64,000 nucleotides of DNA, from contig NC_092674.1 in assembly GCF_964355755.1 (NCBI RefSeq), forward strand, positions 9,548,001 through 9,612,000, read 5' to 3'. The position numbers and the translations under genes were made by a program. Source of the DNA: Antedon mediterranea (lineage: Eukaryota; Animalia; Echinodermata). Below the pieces are notes generated by a model. It did not search any database, was not told where the DNA came from, and saw only the letters and a list, made by a program, of their open reading frames with translations. This document shows positions 49,751 through 61,479 of the stretch, in pieces; the stretch's first letter is position 1; every line of letters begins with the position of its first letter.

Positions 49751-50618
49751 TACGGTGGCTGATTTCCGCCAAAGAAATTTTTTTTTATATAATAATACGG
49801 CGTTATAACGCCCTAATTAGGGCGTTATAACGCCGTATTAGGGCGTTATAACGCCGTATTAGGGCGTTATAACGCCCTAATTATACAATCTGTTCACACG
49901 TACATGCACATGCGTAGTACATCAACAAACCCAGAGCCATAAAGAGTTGCGACTTTGAATGGATTGAATCAATTTGTTTAAAGGTTTTTGTTAAAACAAT
50001 AATAACATTATTTTTTGATGATTTAAAAAAAAAAGCTTTAATCCATTTAATTTAACGGCTCTGGCTGTGCGCTCTATACACGCTCTACGCGTTTATTTTG
50101 TACAGCGATTCTCTATAGTAATGCATTGTTTTTACAGTTTGTTGTTTAAAATCATCTTCGCAGTAACTTTAAGATTGCGTTATCTTAACAAAACCTTTAA
50201 ACAACTTGATTGTTTTGATATTTTTAAATATCAAAACAACCAAGTTGTTTAAAGTTGTGAAGGTTATACATTTTTTAAGCACATGACTCGACTCCATACA
50301 CAACATAGGCATAGTTGGACACAAAGATGGCCAGTAATGTACCAAGTGACTTTCTAAAATCTGTGAATGCGCCGAGAGGTACTACGCGCATGTACGTGTG
50401 AACAGATTGTATATTTAGGGCGTTATAACGCCCTAAATTAGGGCGTTATAACGCCCTATTACGGCGTTAGAACGCCCTAATTACGGCGTTATAACGCCCT
50501 AATTACGGCGTTATAACGCCCTGTTACGGCGTTATAACGCCTTAATACGGCGTTATAACGCCCTAACGCCGTATTATTATAAAATAATTTTTTTCTTTGG
50601 CGGAAATCAGCCACCGTA
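49751..50618. mobile_element. IS3EU-like foldback MITE (TACGGTGGCTGATTTCCGCCAAAGAAA TIRs, 6-bp TSD AGATTC)
   Basis: agattc|tacggtgg...ccaccgta|agattc; arrays of the palindrome GGCGTTATAACGCC in both arms; the inverted match extends about 170 bp or more. Confidence 0.88.
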
Positions 50619-50729
50619 AGATTCATACTCCACTTTTAGCTCGATCAGAGAAATTTAAACATTTTGACATTTGACCTTGACGACCCAACGAACGCAAACC
50701 CTTTCTCTTTGATATTAAGCTGTGTTACA

Positions 50730-50946
50730 ACCGCTAATGTAGAAAACGCCAGCTAATGTCGAAACAACCGTTATGTAGAACAACCCACCGCTTTTGTAGT
50801 AAAACCTCCAGCTTATGTAGAAACACCAACAGCTTATGTAGTAAATACAAATCAACACCAGCTAATGTAGAAACAGTCAACAGCTTATGTAGTAACGAAA
50901 AATGCCTCCCAGCTTATGTAGTTACTATCGCCAGCTAATGTAGAAA
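50730..50946. repeat. Degenerate 20-25-bp repeats (cagcttatgtag / cagctaatgtagaaa)
   Basis: About 9 copies visible; probably subterminal repeats of a decayed element. Confidence 0.7.
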
Positions 50947-51819
50947 ATGTTATATATTTTACAAAAATGTCTCATTCATGTGCAAATGCATCGATCTTTA
51001 CTTAGCTATCAGTCTTTCCACCTCTCATAAGCAACCGACTTTCTAAAACGACCACACATCGTAAGCAACCAACTTTCTAAAACGATACTATTAGTGTAAA
51101 CCATACAATGCATTTAATGCAGGTAGTTAAAATAAATAATATCAGTTTATGAGTTAACAATTTGTTTGTAATGTTATTTAATATTAATATACAATTGATA
51201 TTGTAAACAAAAAAATGAATGTTAGATTAAATAATATTGTATATTAATGTTTACTAACTATACAGAAAACAATTCAAACATATGGTTTAACAAAAAATGT
51301 TAGGCCTAAGCCAAATTTAAATGAATGTAATTTAACAAAAATATTGTTCAGTATTATACTAGATTAAAACTATAAATTATATTAAAAAGAAAAAGAGGAA
51401 AAAAAAACCAGAAAATAACAAAAAAAAAGGTTAGAAAATGTTATGTTATATAGTCATTATTATTATAGTGGGTGGTGGTGACCCATAAACGAAAAAAAAA
51501 GAAGAAAGGTATCGTCTATAAAGTTATGGTAAAATACCGATAATTACCAATACAATCAACAAATGTTCTGTAATAGACCGTTTAGTTAGAAAGACTACAT
51601 TAAGAATGAATATTATTTTTGTACCATCCATTTGCCAGGAAACACATAGCTTTACACTTATTTAATTCCAGGTCTACCGTATTTAATGTAATGTAAACAT
51701 TAAGTAGGCCATACTTATAATGTACAGGACAACAAGTCTTTTTTAAATATAGAAATGTTTTTCCCCACACCAAAATAATTTAGGCCTAACTGCTTTCTCT
51801 TTTCAACGCAGAATTGGAA

Positions 51820-54654
51820 ATGGGGTTCGAGTTGTTTAAATCGGGAAGATCTTTGAACGTCACAAATTTGATTAAACTCGTCATTTTTCTGTTGGTGATT
51901 AAAGTTGATCTTTATCTTTGCAAGTCTCCAAACATTGTTATCTTCTTGGCCGATGACGTCGGTTATGGTGATTTACAGTCATTTGGAAATCCACTGGCAT
52001 CTACACCTAATATTGATGCCCTTGTCAGAGAAGGAAAAAGGTTTACTCAGTTTTACAGTGCATCTCCCGTATGCAGTCCAGCAAGGCAAGTTGTTAAAGT
52101 GGGTCTGTTTGCAATAGTAAACCTAGTCAATACCTTTGTTTGAGAAGCTTAGAATTCTGTCTAGTCTTAAACTAGCAAACACTTACGTAACAACAAACTC
52201 CGAGTTTGCTCGGGGTTTGTTGGTAGACAAACTAAACTTGGTAGCATAGGGAACAAGTTATCCGAAACCAGTCTTTCTGAGGACAGTGTAATTATGTCAA
52301 ATATTTGTTGTGCATTTTTGGAGTTTCTACCACAAATTTGTGTAGAAGTAGAACCTGCTGTACCAATTAAATAATAGTAACACGATTATATTCTATTCAA
52401 CTTCACCTAAAGGTTCATTATGTTGAGTGCAGTTCGAGATTGAATCTTTGGTGTATTGTTTTTTTTCCCTTCTCTCCCTTCTTTTTTCCTGTTTATTTCT
52501 ATTTTTCCTTTAATTTTGTTCTATCTTATTCTTTTCTCTTTTGTATATTGTGTTTTTCAGTTTCCTTTTGTTTTCTGTTAATTATTCTCTGTTATTTCTG
52601 CGTTTTCTTCTTCCCTGTTAAAGTTTGCAAAGAAAAGCTGGGGATACTCTTATTTCTTGATATGCTATACATCAGAATCTGAATAATTAGAAAGTAAAAT
52701 AATAAATAAAATATTTTAACAGGGCTGCACTTCTAACTGGCCGCTATCCGGTACGTACAGGTGTATGGAATGATATAGACCCCGCTGTGTTTGTCCAAGA
52801 GAGCATCTATGGCCTACGCCATGAAGAAATAACAATTCCAGAAATGCTTGCCAGTAATGGTTACAAATCAGGTCTTGTTGGGAAGTGGCATCTTGGTGTT
52901 GGTAAAAAGAAAGAATTTCTGCCCTTAAATCATGGCTTCGATTTCTTTTTTGGGCTTCCCAATACACTTAGTGATTGCCCAAACTTTAAATGTTACTACC
53001 CGGATGATGAATGTGAAGGAGTTAATTATTCTCCTGATAAGGCACCCTGTACACTAGTCTTTAACAATGACATTATAGAACAACCAATAGACTTGGTAAC
53101 GTTGGCAGAAAGACAGATAAGAGCTGCTAAAAGCTTCATCCAGACCAATGCTTGTGACGGGACACCATTCTTTCTTCTTTACTCTTCATTGCATACCCAC
53201 ACACCACAGTTTGCTGGACGTCGCTATAGGAACACGACGCTTGGAGGACCGTATACGGACTCCCTGGCAGAACTCGATGGTGAGGTTGGAGACATTATTC
53301 AAGAACTTCGAGACAGTGGGGTTCTCGAAAACACACTAGTTATTTTTACTTCAGACAACGGGTAAATATTTTCATTATATGTGATAATAATTCATATAGT
53401 ACGCATTAACTAAATAGATGTACGCACGCAGCAATCACATTTAACATGTAGTAGTAATACTCAGAACGTCGAATGTACATAATTTAATAATCCAATCAGA
53501 TAGTAGAATGCACTCACTCGTGTTGATAATGAAATCTTCGCACTCATTTTATTATTTCATTAGGCCCGACCGTCGTGCAGGTACTTTTGGAGGGTTTAAT
53601 GGAATTTTTCGATGCGGGAAATCAACAACATTTGAAGGGGGTATCCGTGTTCCAACCGTTATATACTGGCAAGGACGCATCAGCCCTGGGATATCAACCG
53701 AGTTGCTTAGCCATCTTGATATATGGCCAACAATTAGAAGAATAACTGGGTCGTCAACAGATGATATTGTATTAGATGGGGTGGACTTCTCAGATGTGTT
53801 ATTTCGGGATGGAGAGGTAATTTATATTGTTTTACATTTTAAATACCAGTTCTGTACTCGTAGCATAGTCAGGTCGTGTTGGCCGACAACTGCGTACTTT
53901 TAGTTATAAACCTAATAAACATTAATAGATATGAAATTTGTGTATGGTTTAATTGCGAGATTGGATTTGTGTAGCCAATAAAGGAATTCTTTAAAAATTA
54001 TTGCAGATGCTTGTCCTGAATTATGTAAAATCACCAATAAAATTATTTCTTTGATGATTAGTTTGGAGAATAATGTGTGAAATGATAATTATTATTACTC
54101 ACAAATACTCACATCGTTTGGCATTTCAATACTTTTCTAAATGTGTGTCTTTGCAGAGCCCGGTACAATCTCTGTTGATATTTGACATAACACCGTCTCC
54201 AGTCGAAGGACCATTTGCGCTTCGGACATCGCAATATAAAGCACATTATTTCACAGAATGCACTGACCGATGTGAAGCTGAAGCCATTGATTATATGTGC
54301 AGTACAAATGCAACCTTCCAATCGTATGAACCTCCGATTATATACGATATATTGCTAGATCCAGAAGAAAGAGATGACATCAGTAATACTAGTTATAGCT
54401 TGGTTGATGAACTGGCAGAACTATTAACGATGGAAACGGCAAAGATAAGCTTTTCCCTAAGTGCACTGAAAGATTTAGATTGGAAATCTCAGTTATGCTG
54501 TAACACCGGGTGCACTCCGTACCCACAATGTTGTAATTGTCCATCTAATTATACAAATACTATTCTACCATTATACGACGATTGTAAACTACAACCTGTA
54601 AATAATCGTCATTTTTATCGTAAAGAGAACTGTAAAGATTCTGAAAAAAGTTAA
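51820..54654 (+). CDS. ARSA: Arylsulfatase A-like sulfatase, copy A (4 exons, about 551 aa)
   Basis: Exons 51820-52085, 52723-53361, 53564-53816, 54157-54654 (1656 nt). Hydrophobic N-terminus, PNIVIFLADDVGYGDL, formylglycine motif CSPARAALLTGR, GKWHLG, HTHTPQF, SDNGP, CGKSTTFEGGIRVP and ARSA-type C-terminal CCNTGCTPYPQCCNCP. Intron 1 has a GC donor. Confidence 0.92.
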
Positions 54655-55555
54655 AAAGAAAAGAAATAATGTATTATAACAATTGCAATTAATTATAGTG
54701 CAATGTATATTCGCCGGTCATAGTGATGACTTATTTTTAACTAGGTTTGGACTTGATCTTCAACGAGTTAACCATGACGTAATCAAATTCGTGTTCATTA
54801 CCGGACACGAAACGATAGGCAACATAATTTTGTTACCCTGACCTTACGTTAATACAGTTTATCATATAACATTATAGAGTGACATCTTATCAAAGGTTTG
54901 TGAGGGTAGTTAGAATAGTACAGGCCTGGTATTAGGAGTTATACTCATTGTGACTACAGACGAGAGAAGAAACTACGTTTAAAAACTGAGCTAAACTACA
55001 AATTGGTAATATACAATTCTTTAACTTTAATTAATGTTTAAAATAGAAGCAAAAAGAATAATATAAAACACAAATGAGGCATTGACATGGATCTCAGTAA
55101 CACGTGTTAAATACTGACTGAAATCGTTTATAGAGTTTTTTTTTCAATATTCAGTAGCCTAATTGTTTTGTACAAACAAAATTACAATTTACAGAAGTCA
55201 GTGATTCTTAACTTATGTCGAGTTTTGTCAGTTAATAAAATTGATGCATATAGATTATATAGAGTGACGAATATTTTTTATTTGTGGATAGTAAGGAGTG
55301 TTTGTTTATACTCATTGCACAGTACAGGTACGAGAGAAGAAACTACGTTTGGCAACAAAAGTGATTGGGTAATATAATATCTTTTACTTGTTAAAAGAAT
55401 AAAATACAAAAGAGACATATACCTAAATCGCAGTAAAACTTTTAAGATAATACACTTATTAATTAATATTTATTTATTTTTAAATATAATCTGTCATAAT
55501 GATTTTGTTATTTTATGCACATGTTTTATTTATATTTACAATGTAAAGAAGTCAT
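54640..55555. repeat. Intergenic spacer of the sulfatase array, duplicated at 57255-58250
   Basis: Colinear shared blocks such as gagagaagaaactacgtttaaaaactg and aatgaggcattgacatggatctcagtaacacgtg. Confidence 0.9.
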
Positions 55556-55713
55556 ACTGAACTAAGTCCAAGTCACACTTAACTCGTCCAATTGACACTT
55601 AACTCATCCAATTGACACTTAACTCATCCAAGTTACAAGTTCTGATCTGCTTATGATTTTTCCTTGGCTTTTTATGTTATATACATACGTATATTTGTTA
55701 TATATTAAAACAG

Positions 55714-57270
55714 GGCTTCATTTTTGACTGGCCGATATCCTGTACATATAGGTATATGGAATGATATAGATCCGGTCCTGATTTTTCAAGACAACATCTA
55801 TGGCCTACACCATGAAGAAATAACAATTCCAGAAATGCTTGCCAACAAAGGTTACAAATCAGGTCTTGTTGGGAAGTGGCATCTTGGTGTTGGTAAAAAC
55901 AAAGAATTTTTACCCTTAACTCATGGCTTTGATTTTTTTTGGTGCTCCCAATACACTTGGTGATTGTCCAAATTTTAAATAATATTACCCCGATGATGAT
56001 TGTGAAGGAGTTGAATATTCTCCTGATACCTCACCCTGTACACTAGTCTTTAACAGTGACATTATAGAACAACCAATAGACTTGATAACCGTGGCAGAAA
56101 GACAGATAAGAGCTGCTAAAAGCTTCATCCAGACCAATGCTTGTGATGGGACACCATTCTTTCTTCTTTACTCTTCATTGCATACCCACGCACCACAGCT
56201 TGCTGGACGTCGCTATATAGGAACACGACGCTTGGAGGACCGTACACGGACTCACTGGCAGAACTCGATGGTGAGGTTGGAGATATTATGCAAGAACTTC
56301 GAGAAAGTGGGGTTCTCGAAAACACACTTGTGATTTTTACTTCAGACAATGGGTAAATATTTTCATTATATGTGATAATAATTCATATTACGCAATAACT
56401 ATATAGATGCACGCACGCAGCAATCACATTTTAACGTGCAGTAGTAATATTCAGACCGTCAAATGTACATAATTCAATCATCCAATCAGATAGTAGAATA
56501 CACCCACTCGTATTGATAATGAAATCTTCGCACTCATTTATTATTTCATTAGGCCAGACCGTCGTGCAGGTACTTTTGGAGGGTTCAATGGAATATTTCG
56601 ATGCGGGAAATCAACAACATTTGAAGGGGGTATCCGTGTTCCAACCGTTATATACTGGCAAGGACGCATCAGCTCTGGGATATCAACCGAGTTGCTTAGC
56701 CATCTTGATATATGGCCAACAATTAGAAGAATAACTGAATCGTCAACAGATGATATTGTATTAGATGGGGTGGACTTCTCCGATGTGTCATTTCGGGATG
56801 GAGAGGTAATTTATATTGTTTTTACATGTTAAATACCAGTTTGTACTCGTAGCAAAGATAGGTCGTGTTGGGTGAAAACTGCGTACTCTGGTTTTTAATA
56901 TTCAAAGTTTTTTTTTATTTTACCCTAAATTGTTCTATCGTTTCACCTGGATGACATAGTAATTCAGTTATATGTTAGTTATAATCTAATAAACATTATT
57001 AGATATGACATTTGTGTATGGTTTAATTGCGAGATTGGATGTGTGTAGCCAATGAGAGAATTCTTTTAAAATGATTGCAGATACTTGTCTTGAATTATGT
57101 AATATTATCACCATTAAAATGGCTTCTTTGATGATTAGTTTGGAGAATAATGTGTGAAATGATAATTATTATTACTCACAAATACTCACATCGTTTGGTA
57201 TTTTAATACATTTCTAAATGTGTGTTTTTGCAGAGCCCGTTACAAAAAAAAAGCTGAAAAAAGATTCAAA
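55714..57270 (+). pseudogene. Arylsulfatase A-like pseudogene, copy B (chimera: 5' part like copy C, 3' part like copy A)
   Basis: Exon 2 homolog 55714-56352 has a 2-nt deletion in the poly-T near 55935, TGT>TAA at 55980-55982 and a 2-nt TA insertion near 56216. Exon 3 homolog is 56553-56805. Exon 1 is deleted, and exon 4 is reduced to AGCCCGTTACAA joined to its 3' end at about 57234-57270. Confidence 0.92.
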
Positions 57271-58337
57271 GAAAACAGAAATAATGTATTATAGCAATTG
57301 CAATTAATTATAGTGCAATGTATATTTGTTTGTCATAAAGTGGTAGCTTATTTTTAACTAGGCATGAACTTGACGTTATACACAACTCCTCTTTTATTCA
57401 AAACTTTAACCATGACGTAATCAAATTCGTGATGTACTTTACTTTATTCATGATTGACCGGTACACGAAACGATAGGCAACATAATTATATTACCTTGAT
57501 ATAATTATTAATAGAGTTTATCATATAAAATTATATTGACATCTTACAATTCGTTTTTTAGGGTAGTTAGAATAGTACAGGTCTGGTATAGGAGTTATAA
57601 TCATTGTGACTACAGAGGAGAGAAGAAACTACGTTTAAAAACTGTGCTAAACTACAAATTGGTAATATACAATTCTTTTTAACTTTAATTAATGTTTAAA
57701 ATAGATGCAAAGAGAATAATATAAAACACAAATGAGGCATTGACATGGATCTCAGTAACACGTGTTAAATACTGAATGAAATCGTTTATAGAGTTTTTTT
57801 TCAATATTCAGTAGCCTAATTGTTTTGTAAAAACATAATTACAATTTACAGAAGTCAGTGATTCCCAATTTATGTCGAGTCATAAGTTAATAAAATTAAT
57901 GCATATAGATTATATAGAGTAACGACTACATTTTATTTGTGGATAGTAAGGAGAGTTAGTTTAATACTCATTGTGATTACAGGAGGTACGAGAGAAGAAA
58001 CTACGTTTGGCAACAAAAGTGATTGGGTAATATACTATCTTTTACTTGTTAAAAGAATAAAATAGAAATGAGATATATACCTAAATCTCAGTAACACTTT
58101 TGACATAATACACTTAATGATTAATATTTATTTATTTGTTAATGTAATCTATCATAATAAATTGTTCATACATTCTTTTGACCAATTATAGTTTCATGTA
58201 ATACTGTTTTATTGCATGTTATATTTATATTTAAAATGTAGAGAAGTCGATGGTCTATAGTTTACAAGGTCTGAGCAAAGAGCCTCTACCTAATCGTATT
58301 CAATGAAATGTTTTCTTTTTTTTCGATGAAGGAAATA

Positions 58338-61118
58338 ATGAGGTTTGAGTGCTGTAAATTGGGACATGTCAGCGGTTTGATTAAACTTATTATTTGTCTG
58401 TTGGTGGTTGAAGTTGATCTTCTTCATTGCAATACCAACAAATCTCCAAATATCGTAATCTTTTTGGCCGATGACGTCGGTTATGGTGATTTACAGTCAT
58501 TTGGAAATCCACTGGCATCTACACCTAATATTGATGCTCTTTTTAAAGAAGGAAAAAAGTTTACTCAGTTTTACAGTGCTTCACCACTCTGCAGTCCAGC
58601 AAGGTACATAATCTAATTTATTTATGTTATTTTGTTTCAGATGATCTATCTATAGGCCTACCTAATATTTAACAGCTATAGCTATCGGTCAACTGAGTAC
58701 ATATGTTTGTACGAAACTTAACTAGTCCAAGTGACACTTAACTTGTTTAGGTGACACTTAACTTGTTTAGGTGACACTTAACTAGTCCAAGTCACACTTA
58801 ACTGGTCCAAGTCACACTTAACTTGTCAATGTCACACTTAACTAGTCCAAGTCACACTTAACTAAGTCCAAGTCACAGTTACCTAAGTCCAAGTCACAGT
58901 TAACTAAGTCCAAGTCACACTGAACTAAGTATTTACTGTAACTCATCCAAACATAACTCGTCTAATTGACACTTAACCAGTCCAAGTGACACTTAACTCG
59001 TCCAAGTGACACATAACTAGTCCACGTCACACTTAACTAAGTCCAAGTCACACTTAACCAGTCCAAGTGACACTTAACTCGTCCAAGTGACACATAACTA
59101 TTCCATGTCACACTTGACTAAGTCCAAGTCACACTTACTGTAACTCGTCCATACTCCAAGTGACACTAAACTAAGTCCAAGTCACACTTAACTTGTCAAA
59201 TTGACACTTAACTCATACAATTGACACTTAACTTAACTGGTGATTATATATATTAAAACAGGGCTTCACTTCTGACTGGCCGATATCCTGTACGTACAGG
59301 TATTTGGAATGATATAGATCCGGTTCTGATTTTTCAAGACAACATCGGTGGCCTACGCCATGAAGAAATAACAATTCCAGAAATGCTTGTCAACAAAGGT
59401 TACAAATCAGGTCTTGTTGGGAAGTGGCATCTTGGTGTTGGTAAAAACAGAGAATTTTTACCCTTAACTCATGGCTTCGATTTTTTTTTTGGTGCTCCCA
59501 ATACACTTGGTCATTGTCCAAACTTTAAATGTTATTACCCCGATGATGATTGTGAAGGAGTTGAATATTCTCCTGATACCTCACCCTGTACACTAGTCTT
59601 TAACAGTGACATTATAGAACAACCAATAGACTTGATAACCGTGGCAGAAAGACAGATAAGAGCTGCTAAAAGCTTCATCCAGACCAATGCTTGTGATGGG
59701 ATACCATTCTTTCTTCTTTACTCTTCATTGCATACCCACGCACCACAGTTTGCTGGACGTCGCTATAGGAACACGACGCTTGGAGGACCGTATACGGACT
59801 CACTGGCAGAACTCGATGGTGAGGTTGGAGACATTATGCAAGAACTTCGAGAAAGTGGGGTTCTCGATAACACATTAGTGATTTTTACTTCAGACAACGG
59901 GTAAATATAATTTTTGTTGTACAGAAATTGAATAAATCGATGCAAATCAGATGAACCGAACTTTACAATTTTTTTATTGTATAAACATTTTATTAGGCCC
60001 GACCGTCGTGAGGGTACTTTGGGAGGATTTAACGGAATATTTCGATGCGGGAAATTTACAACTTTTGAAGGTGGTATCCGTGTACCAACCGTCATATACT
60101 GGCAAGGACGCATCAGCCCTGGGGTATCAACCGAGTTGCTTAGCCATCTTGATATATGGCCAACAATTAGAAGGATAACTGGGTCATCAACAGATGATAT
60201 TATATTAGATGGATTTGACTTCTCAGATGTGTTATTTCGGGATAAAGAGGTATTTAGTAGTTTTCTCGGATGTAGGGAAATTATTAGCTGACATTGGGAG
60301 TCGGAAATTGAATCCGGGTCTCCTCTATTATATGTATGTATAACATCAGCCATGTTATGACCCTGGTTTTAAACATCTCCACACAATTGATTTCATCCAT
60401 CAATGCTTCTGTGTTGGCCAATCATTATTTGGCATAATTAGAACAGAATGCACATCGTCTTAATCGACGCATATAAGTGCGCGATTTGTCTTCGAGAATT
60501 GCGTCGTTACATTTTGAGATTGAATGTTTTGCCTTCAAATTGTCCAAAACGGTATATTATACAATGAAAATAAAGGATTCCGTTCACACGTCGGGTTTTT
60601 TTACTTTATCAATATATTTCTGTAGACCTATTGTTTTTTTTTCTTTGCAGAGTCGAAGACAATCTATCTTAATTTATGACTTATCACCGTCTCCAGTCGA
60701 AGGACCATTTGCTATTCGAACAACTAAACATAAAGCACATTATTACACAGAAATTACTATGTACTGTGAAGCTGATGGTATTGACATAATGTGTAGGTGT
60801 AATCCGAATTCAACCATGCAATCGTATGACCCTCCGATTATATACGATATATTGCTAGATCCAGAAGAAAGATATGACATTAGTAATACTAGTTATAGCT
60901 TAGTTGATGAACTGGCAGAACTATTAGCGATAGAAACGGCAAAGATAAGCTTTTCTCCAAGTTCAATGAAAGATACAGATTGGAAATCTCAGTTATGCTG
61001 TAACCCCGGGTGCACTCCGTACCCACAATGTTGCAATTGTCCATCTAATTATACAAATACCCTTATAACATTATATGACGATTGCAATGTATTAACTAAA
61101 CAAATTCGTAATTTCTGA
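58338..61118 (+). CDS. ARSA: Arylsulfatase A-like sulfatase, copy C (4 exons, about 541 aa)
   Basis: Exons 58338-58603, 59262-59900, 59997-60249, 60651-61118 (1626 nt), all GT-AG. CSPARASLLTGR, GKWHLG, HTHAPQF, SDNGP, CGKFTT, CCNPGCTPYPQCCNCP. An alternative in-frame ATG lies at 58326. Confidence 0.92.
58716..59236. repeat. 20/21-bp minisatellite aactagtccaagtcacactt in intron 1 of sulfatase C (remnant at 55550-55635)
   Basis: About 25 degenerate units visible. Confidence 0.93.
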
Positions 61119-61238
61119 ATTAAAAAAGCGAAACTGCAAATAATAATAAGAATTTGATAAACAGAAATAATAGTGATTGCAATGAACTATAATATGAATA
61201 TATATACTATGATCTTGAAGTATTAAAGCATTAAATTC

Positions 61239-61345
61239 AACTAGATTTTAATCTCATTACCGGTCAGACTAACTCGTCATGGTGCACCGTGACGAGTTAG
61301 TTGATCCGTGCAAACTTTAAGACCGTTGTCGACAACAGCATCAGT
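61239..61345 (-). mobile_element. 3' terminus of a second HINE/Helentron-like element
   Basis: aactag ... hairpin actaactcgtca-tggtgcaccg-tgacgagttagt followed by tgatccg; parallels aactag..aactcgtca..tgacgagttagttatccg at 23127-23168. Confidence 0.62.
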
Positions 61346-61479
61346 GCTCCTCTTTTATGTTTTAATGCTTCTTTATATTTACGTTCTTGTACTTTTCTGT
61401 TTTTACGTAACATTACCAGGCATCTTTTATTACATACTATTGAATAAACTGATCACATTATGTATCGTTAGATATTCTC

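Noticed and set aside
43808-51820. Functional link (operon-like system) between the SLC6 transporter and the sulfatases
   Set aside because: Same-strand adjacency only. Animal gene neighbours need not be co-functional, and no shared regulatory or substrate evidence is visible.
52440-52682. 80-aa Phe-rich ORF inside sulfatase A intron 1
   Set aside because: A low-complexity T-rich tract, not a credible membrane protein.
59763-60353. 196-aa minus-strand ORF (also the shorter antisense ORFs at 52716, 54109, 56125, 37397 and 61953-63503)
   Set aside because: Antisense shadows of real exons or of the LINE ORF, with no independent motifs.
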